In this document: positions 24,277 to 36,786 of the stretch, piece after piece
How the letters are laid out: every line of letters begins with the position of its first letter
How positions within the stretch are numbered: position 1 is the first letter of the stretch
Source: Bigelowiella natans CCMP2755
Lineage: Eukaryota; Protista; Cercozoa
Assembly (NCBI GenBank): GCA_000320545.1
Contig: ADNK01001245.1
Location: 1-53,029, forward strand
Direction: 5' to 3'
Length of the DNA: 53,029 bases
The notes under the pieces: generated by a model
Told to the model about the DNA's origin: nothing
The model's input: only the letters and a program-made list of their open reading frames with translations
Databases searched by the model: none
Made by a program: the position numbers and the translations under genes

Positions 24277-26914
24277 TTAAAGCTTTGCGAATGGCTCGTA
24301 TCCGTAGTTCATCATGTCCTAAATGGGGCACACACACACACACACACACCAGCAAATGGCTTCTTCGTTAGTCCAATGCTTACTTAGCGGCTACAGGATT
24401 AGTTCTTTGAAAGACTAAGCTCAAATATTGAATGGTGGCTCAGTCACAATTACATCTAAGGCTGCATTTCCTTCGCGAGCAATTAAAGTTAACACCAAAG
24501 TCAGTGTTCAAGAGTTCTGCATTTTCTTCTTTGGGGATGGGTGGGGGGGGGGGGGGTTCTCGTTGTGTTGCTATTTTTATTGCATTCATCTTTCTATCAA
24601 ACTACTGATTCCTACAACCGGGTTGGGAGAAGCAACGTAGTGATGATGGAGACTCTTGATGGACACCTGGATGATGGAGAGATAAGGTGAGGTATTCGAT
24701 GCGGTGCAGTACGATGACGACGACGGCAGTCTTTTTGATAGATTTGGGTCGCCGGTCAGTATTGTCATCATTTATTCAGTCTTATTGCGTGCATGATGGT
24801 GTGTGTACATACCATGGAAGAGTCTATTTCGTCGACGCGAGTGGTGCCGCACAACATCATAGCCTGTGGTGATGAGTAGGTTACTTTGGGCGATGATGAC
24901 GATGAGGATGATGATGAGTATGATATCGTAACTTCATCGAAAACGACGTTTTTCCAAATGTTAAAGTATATGCATGTACTTAACGTACACATCATTTCAC
25001 ATAGTAAAAGACCGTTACAGTACATCATCATTCATACACACAAAACATCTATAATCTACCGTTCTAAATTCATCCTTGAGCAGCTGCAAGACTTTAGTCA
25101 CTCCTGCGGTTCCGTAGCCAGCAGCTCCATAAATGACCTACAATAAGATAGTGAATGAATCATCATCATCATTATCATCATACAGTCTAATGATAAGAGC
25201 CGTTGCACACAATTGCGCGCTCTGCTCTTATTCTGTGTTCACATGACGTAGTACTCACACCGACGCCTATCACACCACACACTCATCGCATGAATGCATA
25301 CTATACTACCGGGCGGCCAACCAAGACCCCTTTGGCTCCTAGAGCTATTGCCTTAAAGATATCCGTTCCTGGTAGTAGTAGTAGTAGTAGTAGTAGTAGT
25401 GTTGGTTCCGAGGAGGTCATTTATTTACGACGACGACGACGAAGATTGAGAAGAACGAGGAGGAAGAAAAGACTTGACCTCCCTCCCTCCTCCTCCTTCT
25501 CCTCCTCAAGATCACCAACCCCCACAATGATCATTATCATTATCTATCGTATCGTTCGTTATAACCACGACGACGTTGTTTTACCTCTGCGGATTCCCCC
25601 ATCGATGAAGACTTCCATTTTGTTCTCTGCTCCGACCTGCAGTTGTAGCAGCAGCAGTAGCAGCACGCATCAGATATAAGGGGGGGGGGGGGGGAGGGGA
25701 AGGAGGGAGAGGCAGGGGGAGAGGAGGAAGAGATAGAAGAAGCAGAAAATATCTCATTGCTGAGGTTTTCCACCGTCTAAAAACTTATTATCATTGATTG
25801 AAAGGGGGAGGGGGGGGGGGGACAGTTCTCGTAAGAAGCTGCTGCTGGCTAGTTGTTCGGTTGACACACATGTAGGAATAACATAACCAAATACCTTTTT
25901 CAAAGCTTCCATGACCTCTGGAAGAGTCTCAATAGCAGACCGAGAGAAGTCAAGCTGGCGACCTAGTTGAGTTGTTAGCCAACATGGTCCACAATAATGA
26001 TTTCTTTGATGATGATTATAACTATGATGATGATGATGATGACGTTTTACTTCTAACCGTCTTTATTTTCTCTTTCACTCTCTCCCTCCCCCCTCCCTCC
26101 TCGAAAACATCGGGATAATTAGGTGAGAAAGACGGACGTGATACTATCTTCTTGCAGCGATCATACATGCTGTATTCGTGTGTTTGTGACACATAACACA
26201 TCATCATTACTACTACTACTACTACTACTACTACAAGCAGGTTATGTTCAGGCAACCTCCATGATTGGAAACGACGATTCCTTTAGCACCATGCTTGAAA
26301 GCCAGCACTGCATCTTCGGCACATCTAATGTGTGTGTATGTATGTGTGTGTGTGTGTGTGTGTGGGTAGTGATCTAGCACCGAGCACACGTCATCATCAT
26401 TCTCATCATCACTATCCCTCAGCATCAGTCAACCTTGAACAATTTGCTGATGGCTTTTTGTTTAATCTTCTTTTTCTTCTTCTTCTTCTCCTCTCTTCTC
26501 TTAAATAAAAGTTGATCATCGGTGAGTGGTTGATTACTGTATGCCCTTGATGACAATGTCCATGTTCGTCGTCTCCTGATCATCGGGAGAAAAGACGAGG
26601 AAGAAGAGGAGAATAATGAGACTATGATGACGATCAACAGCAGCAGAAACATTGAATGACAAAATCAAAACTACCATCCCCATCATGTTGGCTGCTACGG
26701 TATTCGTAGATAGATAGATACATAGATAAACACCGTCATTCATCATCATCATTCCCCCCTCCCCCCCCCCTCAGACTACCTTCAGACTCGGGATATCGCT
26801 CCAGGCCAGGCTAGGGTCGATGAACGATGATAGGTAATTGGCGGTTCCACCCCCCCTGGTCATCGGATGTACGTCCGTGTTAAACGTGTGTGAGTGTGTA
26901 TCAGTTGCTGAATG

Positions 26915-26953
<39 letters not shown>

Positions 26954-29398
26954 AAATAGGCACCTGTTCCCCACTTGACCATCGTCCTCCTGGTTGGTTG
27001 CTTGGGGCACGTATTTCATACGCATGTCCTTCTCACGCCTACCCATCTGGGGAGCGTCGACCTGTATGCAGCAGCAGCAGCAGCAGCAGCAGCAGCACAT
27101 GATTCAACCCGGTGGGTGGGTGGGGACAGCATGACACGACATGACACGGCATGGCAAGCGACGAGATGGACTCAATATGCAAGCGATAGAGCAGCATTTG
27201 GATGTAAGGATGATACCGTAACGAAGAGGGCTTTGCATCCACATTTCTCCGCTCGTCGAATTAATTTTTCCTGGTTTGATTGCATATGCATAGGCAGACG
27301 TAAAGGGGGAGATAGCACGTTATTTAGCTCTCTCCAAACCTCAATAGTACGAATATCACGCACACACGAGGCATCATATCATGGCTCTGAGATAAGTAAT
27401 TTAATTGATATATCTGTTCAACTCACCGTCTTTTTGCGGTCGGTGTTGACGTAGAGCTGCATGAAATGAATCTGTCCTGGCTTTCTCACCTAAAAAGCAA
27501 CAACAACATCATCATCATCATCATCATCATCATCATTCTCTGTTCTCAGACAAGCATTGCTATCCAGTGAGAGGTGTTAAAACCGAGTGGCTATTACCGC
27601 TGTGATTTCCTCCACAGTAAGCGAACCGAGAGTAGGGACGACCTAAGAAGAAGTAACACAACAACACTACATTACACATCTATCAACAAGTGCTATTCGA
27701 TTAACCCATTCCAACAAGACTCGGATCACAATGGGTGTCCCCTCCCCCTCCCTCCTTCCTCGTCGACGACTACTTACTACCTGAATGATTCCCTGGTTAC
27801 CAGCGCCTTGACAGTAGCACTTTTCTCCTACAAGATCAATTTAATGAGGACATCACTCAGCGTATGCGACTACAGACGTCACAGCTTCTACTGCTCAGTT
27901 GGGCTATCATCATCATCATCATCATCCGTCCACAAGCACGCAAGCAAGCACGCCAGAATGCAGGAGACAAACAAGCACACCCCCATAGCTGATGCTGACA
28001 TGCTGACGCTGATCTAGAAGTCTTTTTAGATTTGACGGGGTGTTAATACCATCAGGATGCGCCAATTTTGCGAGAGCTGTAGGGGCAATCATCACCTACA
28101 TCATACGGGTGAGACGACGTCACCGAGTCAGCAAGTTTACGTACAAACGAGAGGAGCCGGCAGAGGGGGAGGAGGAGGAGAGAATCTCGTTGGATGTTAA
28201 CTTGCATAAAATCTCTCCCCTCCTCCTCCTCCTCCTCCTCCTCCTCCTCCTTGACATAACTACGAACACTGACTCCTCACCGGGAAGGCGCTTTTGTAAC
28301 CCAGGATTGTAGTTTCCATGTTTATGTCGCGCACGTTCACCTTAATTGTATCGAGAAGGGAGGAGGGAGGGGGAGAGGGGGTCAGTGAGGTTGGAAGATG
28401 AGGACTCGTCGTCATCCCTGACGGTACCAGATGTGATGATGATTCAATGTTCTTCCGAGGGAGGGGGGGGGGGGGAGGGTATACTAACTAAATAACCACC
28501 AAACTACCACTACTACTTTCACGTTACTACCATAACACGCGGTTTTAGCCAGATTCGTCCGAAAGCGGAGTGATTTTCACGTAATGTGACCTAGGAGGAG
28601 GAGAAGGAGGAGAGGAGGAGGAATTAATGCGGCGATAATGGCGACACTTCTCAGAAGAAGATCGACTATTAAAATCAATCATGCTTTGAAAGACAAGATA
28701 GATGTCCTCTTGGATGTTAACTTGCATAAAATCTCTCCCCTCCTCCTCCTCCTTGACATAACTACGAACACTGTTCTTTTTCTTCTTCACACTCTAACCT
28801 ACCTCGTCATCCGAGCCAGACGAAATGTAGGCGTATGCAGGGGCGGATAAACAACTCTTTGCGACCTGATGAGAGTTGTGCGGAAACGTGTTATTTATGA
28901 CGTACGCGTTCGTGTTGTTCAGTTTTGCTGAATCGGAACAACAATTATCTCTTTAAAAATAAAAATTGCAATCCTAAAGCAGCTCTCGGTGTGAATTATT
29001 GATTGATCTAGCAAGTCATTGGTTGAATGATATTCCTCACTTGCTCGAATTCGAAAGCATTGAGCAGGTAGTCCAAGGGTGGTTTCTCTCCCTCTTTCTG
29101 CATATATGTTGTTAAACAGTAGTGAGTGGATGGGAGGAGGAGGAGGAATCACCGATAACCAATAACAAAGAAGGAGCAGCCTTATTACAGTAACTAGCCC
29201 CTCACCTTTTCCTCCACCACTGTTTCCTTAACGTCCTTAGGATCCAACGTGCCAACGCAAGGGGCAACATCCGTGTATCTTACATGATTAGTATCATTTG
29301 TTAGGCTCATGCGTGCTATCATGCTGTATTTTATTCATTCAATGTATTTGTTGCTTCTTCCTTGAAAAAAAAGAGTCGCCGTACTCTATGTCAGCGAC

Positions 29399-29435
<37 letters not shown>

Positions 29436-30266
29436 GTGGGTGAATCATCGCCTACTTGTCAAAAATGTCAGGAGTGTGAATGGTGTCGAATATCCGCGTT
29501 CCATCCTTTCCCTGTGCAACAATTAGTATAAAAAACAACGCAAAATTACAACACTTGCAATGCTCATGATGGTGTGCGTCGTTTGTCTCTTCCTACAAAT
29601 GAAGATGACGTCGTTTCTAACTTCTGCGCGTGGTACCGAGAAAGTGTAGATAATATGAGATCCTCCGGGATGTTCCTGCAGCAAAAAAGCAAGTTAAAGA
29701 AAGGTTTCACACGTCGTTCATACATTATATGCTTAAAATTATAGTTAGAGTCCTTTCTTCTAAACCCTGCTGTAAAATTGATTTTTCTACTACCGGAGCA
29801 AACTCAGTCATATCGTAGACTTTTCCATGGATCACGACCTGATATAAAGATAAAAAATGGCCCGTCATCATCCTTCAAGCAACAACTAAGATAAACGATA
29901 CGGTATGGTATAATACAATACGATATTTCTATCCCCCTCCCACTGAGCATTCCCATGTCGACGTTTGTATTTTCGGGACTTTATCACTTCTTCAGTCTCG
30001 TGTATCGGGAGGGTGGGGAGGGGAAGTGCGTGCGTTTGTGTGAATTTGCTCTACCCAGCAATCTTTCTTTGAGTTGTGCTTCTGCACCTCAGACATGGGG
30101 ATGATCCTGAGAAATTCATTGTCCACACGCCAACAATTAGGAAGGCTCAGAAAGACATGTGCAGCGGTATGTGGCTAGATATATCTACTTCCAGAATGAA
30201 TAACATTGACATGTTTTTCTTCCGCGGCAGAATCCCCCCCAATAAAACCTACTTTGATTCGGACAT
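24277..30266 (-). CDS. Flavocytochrome b2-like enzyme (cytochrome b5 heme domain + FMN-dependent alpha-hydroxyacid dehydrogenase) with C-terminal PTS1, >20 exons
   Basis: MSESK/IIPMSEVQKHNSKKDCW/VVIHGKVYDMTEFAP/EHPGG...GKDGT...IH (b5). FMN domain motifs: APTALAKLAHPDG, ALFVT/VDAPQMGRREKDMR, IDPSLAWSDI, GIVVSNHGG/RQLD, DGGIRRG, ALGAKGVLVGRP. End ...YVASPNP/DMMNYGYEPFAKL* (TAA = + tta 24277-24279). Confidence 0.92.
28190..28773. repeat. Two copies (28190-28271 and 28710-28773) of a ~65-80 bp intronic element differing only in an internal (CCT)n length
   Basis: TTGGATGTTAACTTGCATAAAATCTCTCCC-(CTC)n-CTTGACATAACTACGAACACTG occurs in two different introns of the flavocytochrome b2 gene. Confidence 0.95.
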
Positions 30267-31696
30267 CGATAGCTTTGTTCGACCCAGTAGGTGATCTGAG
30301 GAAGTAGTTTAGGGCATTTAAGAATGTGGAAGTGAATGATCCGCGCCTCTGTATGGACTCGACTACAGTAAAGATTTTGATTTTTTATCTAATGGAGCAG
30401 TTGGACGTTGCGTTCCCTTTCTCACAAAATGGCGTGCATGAGAGAGTGGTTATACAAACATTCACACAATCAATTATTTTCATACATTGTCTAAGGAGTA
30501 AGAATCTCCTTTATTTGGAAGAAGATAAAATGTTACATTTATGTCTGTGCTTCGGATAGTATAATTTCGGCATGGATGTTTCTAGAATTATGGCCCCCCC
30601 CACATAATCATGATCGCACATGGCTAACCCAATGACATTCATCGTCCTTCACCCCCCCTCTCCCTCCCTTACAGGTTCCGGAAAATGGGGGGGGCGATCG
30701 AAAAACAGCACTACGGTAATTATACTTTCTCTCCGCTTGGGATTTAACACACAGGAGAAGCCGCACAGGACTGCCTTTCGAAACAAAACAGAGAAAAGTA
30801 AAAGAATGGCTGCAAGCAGATAATGCGTTTGGAAACTACTACCTGTGATTGTCGATTGTCGTCGCAATTAAATACCCTTATTTCGTACAAATTAGGAAGA
30901 TTCCCCGGGGCTTATAGACAGGGGATTTTCAGCAGGAGGGGACCCAAACAAAAAAGAGCGGCGGCAGAAGTGAAGAGCCCCTTCCTGATTAGCACCGCAT
31001 TTTCCTACGTTTTTGCTGTTATTTTGCGAGACGGCTGGAATGAATCGTGGCTATTTCCTACAATTTCTTCCAGAGACTCTCAGAGTTTTTTGTCGTTGTA
31101 GTAATACATTCATCTATGGCTGCAACCAGTTAAAGTTTGGAAGAACGATCCATGGAAAATTAGGAATTCTAGGAAATCGCTGGAATTATTTTAGACGAAA
31201 TTTCCAAAATTCTGTGAGAGTCTCCAAAAATAACGAACAACGGAGCCGCACATGCATACCGTATGTTTAGAATGATTTGGGACCTGGTGCTGTATTTAGG
31301 TCTTATTATTGTTATGTTTTCAACGCTTCTTCTTCTTTTTTACCGAAATGTTGTCTCACAGATTCACAACGTTGACGCAATCCAAATATCTCATGCATTT
31401 TGCAATTGTCGCGAGTTTGTTGACGTAAGTCAAAAACCCCATGCATTTTGGTTAATGTAGAGAGGGCAAAGCTGCTACCCGTATTTCTTTCGCCTCCCCT
31501 GACCTCTGCCACTGGAAGACGATCCACCCGCCGCATGCTAGGGCATGTCTTCCCTCTCGGAAGAAGGAGGTTTGTACATCACCATGGTGCCTACAATGGC
31601 TTAGAGCCGAGGGCGTTTTTCGGACTCGTGGAATGAATTCATTGCTTCCCGCCCTAGCCGCACGTGCATGAACCTAAACATTTTGTCGTTCTGCAG

Positions 31697-32993
31697 CAAT
31701 GAAGGATCCTCCCATCGAGTCCAGAAGCCCACGTCCACGGCGCACGGACCTCTGGTATTGGAGGAGAAGTCTCGTTTATCTCATTCCATGATTTGGAACT
31801 GGATGCGTGCATTCTATGACCAGCAAGGAGTTGGCGCCTGGAGTAACGGCATCGTTCCCAACTTTGTCACGACCAATTGCTGTATTGCCAAGATGTATGC
31901 GAATGTTATCTTCGGGTTCCTCTGCGATGTCTTTTCTCCAGCTGGAATGGAAGCGTTCCACGTTGATCCCTCCCAGCCCCTGTACATCATGGAGCTTGGG
32001 GCAGGTCACGGGAAGTTCAGCTTTCTTCTTATGAAGCATCTGCTAAAAATGAAGGAGTTTCTACCCGAGACAAAGATGAAAGTACCCTTCAAGTTTATCA
32101 TGACTGATTTCACGGAGAACAACATATCGTTCTGGCAAAACCATCCAAGTTTGCGGCCATTCGTTAAGGTAGCCGCGTTTAGTGTCTAGTGAGGTGGTGG
32201 GCATAATCATCATCATCATATCTTGGAGAAAGCTTAGTAAGATCATCGTGTGTTTGTTTTCCAGATGGGTCTGGTTGACTTTGCCAAATTTGACGCCGAG
32301 AACGACATGGAGATCTACCTGATAATGGCCAAAAAAACGCTGAACAAGCACACAATGAAGAATCCAATGGTGCTCGTCGCGAACTACATATTCGACACCT
32401 TGCGTCATGAGGCTTTTCGGATTCACGAGGGTACTACGTTCGTGCCAGTAAGGGCGTTCAAGTCCAAAACCATGAGTCAAATATGAAGAAAATTGTTGTC
32501 GACGTGTTGTAACTAACAAGGCTATTATTATTATAACAACACACGTTTCGTAGGAAAACTACAGGAAGCTCTGATTACCGTAACAAGCGAGAGGGCATTC
32601 GAGCCTGACGTTAATGATCCAGGTGCTGTTAAGAGAAGTCATATCACATTTGATCTACCGGGGCGCCGTCTTCCTCCCCTCTCTCCTCTCTCCTCTCTCC
32701 TCCTCCTCCTCGTCTCTCCTCCTCCTCCTCATTCTCCATCTCGTCGGAGTTTTGTATCTCCTGGCTGAGCAGCTCGGGTATTCCTCCTCACGCACTTATT
32801 ATTACATCATTATTGTTGGACTGCTGTGCAGGCCTGATCAAGCGCTTCCGTCCGAAGTGGAGCTATCGAGGTGTGTCGCACAAGGACTACTTCACAGGCA
32901 AACAGGTGTAGGGGGCGTTGCTTATACAGGCTACTTCTTACCTTGCTGCTTTGGTTCAATGTTGGGGAGTAAGTAAGCTAAGAAGTACCGTTG

Positions 32994-33028
<35 letters not shown>

Positions 33029-33963
33029 GTCGTCGTCGTCGTCATCAGGCCGACCTGAACCCTATCCTAGAGCGCATGGTTCGCAGAAGTGGTAGTAGCG
33101 TCGTCGTCATCACCATCATCATCATCATCATCATCATCACCATCATCATCATCGTCATCATCAGCGCTGAGAAATGCATCGATTCTAATACCCGTGGGAG
33201 GCATCAATTGCCTAAGGAATCTCATAGACCTTACAGGAGGTACCGCAGTGCGTCATAAAAGAGTACTAGCCATAGTAGTAATAATAGCATCCTTAAAAAG
33301 CCCTCCCGACAACCAAATTTATGCGTCGTTCTGTCCTTCCACACTACCCTCCCTTGACAAATATTCTGATGGATATATCATCGTAATCATCGTCATGTTT
33401 CTCCTCTTATTCTTCTTCTTCTTCTTCTTCTTCTTCATCATCATCATCATCATCATCTTGTGCAGGGCGCTTGTTCTTTCTCTCTGGCGATAAGGCCTAC
33501 AACTATGAAAACGAGATGAAGGTCTTACTACTGCCATGCCTACCGAGATGATGATATCCAGGCGCATTACTCCTCTCACTATACCGATTCACCTTCACCC
33601 ATGTACATGACAAAATGCCCTTATCATCAAAGCCGTTGTCGCTGAAACATGGACTCAGTTGCTGATGCTGCTGCTGCTGCCCAAAGCTGCCAACAATTAT
33701 TCTTCTGGGGACCGGCTTTTGTTGTTCCGAATCTGCTTAATTATACCATAAAGAAGAACACTGAATTGCTGCTGCTGCTGCTGCTGCTACATGTGTTGCT
33801 GATTATTACCTCTTAGGGACTACGAGACCCACATATAGCAATTCACGGCTCTTTCTCCATGATGGTACTACTACTACTACTAGTAGTAGTTGTCGTAGTA
33901 GGCAGCAGCAGCTTTGCTAGTGCGATTCTTGGGTTGAACCCTGCTCCTTCTTCTTCTTCTTCT

Positions 33964-33996
<33 letters not shown>

Positions 33997-34355
33997 GTGG
34001 ATGATGACAAGGTCAACTACGATGCCGTGAGATACTATTTCGAGACCCGTGGAGGGTTTTCGGTGCACACCCCCTACCAGGACGGCTTCAAGGTCGCAGC
34101 GTTCATCTTGGGGGCTGATCGAAGTAATCATCAACACTGTTATGTCCTCGGTGTAGAAACAGAGATAATGATGATGATGACGACGATGATGATACTGCTA
34201 CCATTCACACCCAAGGTATTGTAAAAAGAGGCCGTTTGAACTTCACGATGTCTTTAAAGAGCTTTGGGCCTGACAACTTCTCCACGCTCCAGAGAAGCAT
34301 AAAAGATAAGGTTACTACGTCAAAGCTAGCAGTATCCTCTTTAGGCTTATTTATT

Positions 34356-34392
<37 letters not shown>

Positions 34393-35098
34393 CTCCCCGC
34401 CTTTCGTCCAATATTCTCCTTATGCATGCGTTGATTGAGACCGCTGCAGCTTTACAAACATGGATGGTTTTTGCCCCTGTGAATGTATGAGAGAAGGGGG
34501 GGGGTGGGGGGCACGTCTATCGGCCGGCAATCGTTGGTTTTGCCATGGCGCAAGAAAACCAGAGTTTCTTGCATATTTCCTCGAAGATAGCCCTCAATTT
34601 ATTCTCATCACCAGAAGCTACTTGCCTTGCTCTAAGCATGAAACAATATTTCTCTTCGTCGTGTGTGTGTGTGTGTGTGTGTGTGTCCGTGTGTGTCCGT
34701 GTGTGTGTGTCCTCTCATCAGGCCCTCTCATTCCCATGATCCCACACATGTTTTCCTCCTCGTCCTCCTCCTCTTCTTTTTCTTATTCTTTCTCCTCTAT
34801 TTTAGATTGAAAAGCCTTCCCTCAAACTAGTCTTATCCCTGCTTCGGTTAGAAAGACGTCCAAAACACACAAGAACTTTGTTAAAATTAAGTATTTCTGA
34901 ATATGTTCATTTCACTATGTTTTGGTTTATTAGTTATATGTATGTGTGTTTTGCGACTTAAAATTTGTAATCTGCAAAGACGACAGCATTGCGTGTAGGA
35001 GAGAGGAGGATGAACATCAAATCTAAGCAGCATCAGCCTTCTTCGCATAAGAGACCAGAATTTAGTTTATGCCTCTCTCTCTCTCCACCTGCCAATGT

Positions 35099-35139
<41 letters not shown>

Positions 35140-35770
35140 GCTCTTCATAGACTCTCTGGGTATGACTCAGACGTTTTCTACAAATTCAGGCAGTTTCTTA
35201 TAGGTAATGCAAAGTAGCAGAAGTAAAAGGGGGAAGGGGATATGCCAACAGCCTAACCCCCCCCCGTAAATTAATATATAATATGCATACACAAATATCC
35301 TTGCTTACGTGAATCGTGTGCGACATGCGACGTATCCACATTTAATGCCCTCCCCCCACTGCAATGTACGATAGACAAGCTAGGCCATCCGTATACTTCG
35401 GAGAAAATACAGCAGGTATGTACGTCTGTGGCGAGCATCTCTATTCTATCGTTCCCCATTGATTGATTGATCGATCTTGTTGTCGTCGTCGTCGTCGTCG
35501 TTGTTGTTGTTGTAATTGGCCTCCTCCTCCTCCTCCTCCTCCTCCTCCTCCTAGGACATTCGTCGTGATATTGTGGAGATCTACAGCCTCTACTATCCCC
35601 TCTCCAAATCTAAAGACGTGGCCTTCGAGATAGGTGCTGCGACGAAAACACTTTGAATCAAATGTTCCCAAACATGCGCCGCACATGTGCGAATGGACGG
35701 CTGTCTCCATTGTTGTTGTTGTTGTTGTTACTGCTGCCGTTTTACAATCGTGGATGTGTACTCTGTGAAT

Positions 35771-35809
<39 letters not shown>

Positions 35810-35827
35810 GAAAAGTAGAGAGAGGGG

Positions 35828-35877
<50 letters not shown>

Positions 35878-36125
35878 CCATTGATGAACTGGGCACAAAG
35901 GTAAAGGGATGCAAGAACAACGAATGTGTGTTTGTTTGATATTATTTGCAGGGCGACTATTTATGTCTATGAAGGACTACAAAGCTGCACAACGGTAATA
36001 ATAATGGCGGATAGAGTAGGAGGACTAGTAAGACTTTCTTGACGTGATCGTTTGCTTGTCCTTCCTGTCCCTCATACGTACAAATATTAGCTGTATTTAT
36101 ATATGTGTGCTACATGCACTTAATT

Positions 36126-36170
<45 letters not shown>

Positions 36171-36786
36171 GTATTATAAATCTTTATGTATTTGTTTGTT
36201 TCCACAACAACGCCTCTTCAACCGTTGTCATCGCTCAGCTATTTCATCGATTCTATTCGTGATTGTGGAGAGCACCACGTAACACACTACAATTTGGGTA
36301 GTAAGTCATGAAGAATAGTTTAGTTATGAGAGAGAGAGAGAGATGATACTAACCGGTAGTAGCCTTAGTCATGCTTATGAGTAGTCACTGAGCATCGTTG
36401 TCTGTTCGCATGCAGGCCTCTGCTACAATTACATAGGTGAATTTGCGTCGGCACTCAAGTCATTTGACCGGGTAGAAGCTCGTAGCTTTTGGCATTCATA
36501 TATATGCAAATATTATGTTAATATATACCATATGTTTCATTCATGCTTTCTCCCAAATCATCCAAGCGAGTGTTAATAGTGTGCGTATGGTAGTCGCTGG
36601 AGATAAAGCCAGAATACCGCGAGGCTAGGGAATGGCGCAACCGTGAGTCGCAGACTAATCTTGACGATGTTTGATGTCTTTTTGGGAAAAAAAAAGATGA
36701 GCTGACGGAGAGCCCATGCAAATTGTTCTTTGTGCGTATAATTCGCAGGAATGGTCAACAAGCTGGGCCAGAAAACGGGACGATGA
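31697..36786 (+). CDS. SAM-dependent methyltransferase (MidA/NDUFAF7-like, Methyltransf_28-type fold) with C-terminal TPR repeats; 5' exons unresolved (candidates in 30429-31640)
   Basis: RLSHSMIWNWMRAFYDQQGVGAWSNGIVPNFVTTN, motif I YIMELGAGHGKF, FIMTDF, VLVANYIFDTL, SGDKAY, PHIAIHGSFSMM/VNY. TPR-like end VAFEI/GRLFMSMKDYKAAQR...HVTHYNLG/LCYNYIGEFASALKSFDR/SLEIKPEYREAREWRNRMVNKLGQKTGR* (TGA 36784-36786). Confidence 0.8.

Noticed and set aside
28866-28892. CTGATGAG...GAAAC hammerhead-like spacing
   Set aside because: Stem II cannot pair, and it overlaps an intron acceptor of the flavocytochrome b2 gene.
30429-31640. Possible separate small multi-exon gene starting ATGGCGTGC at 30429
   Set aside because: Several exon-like segments exist, but I could not build a unique phase-consistent model or recognise a domain; they may be 5' exons of the methyltransferase.
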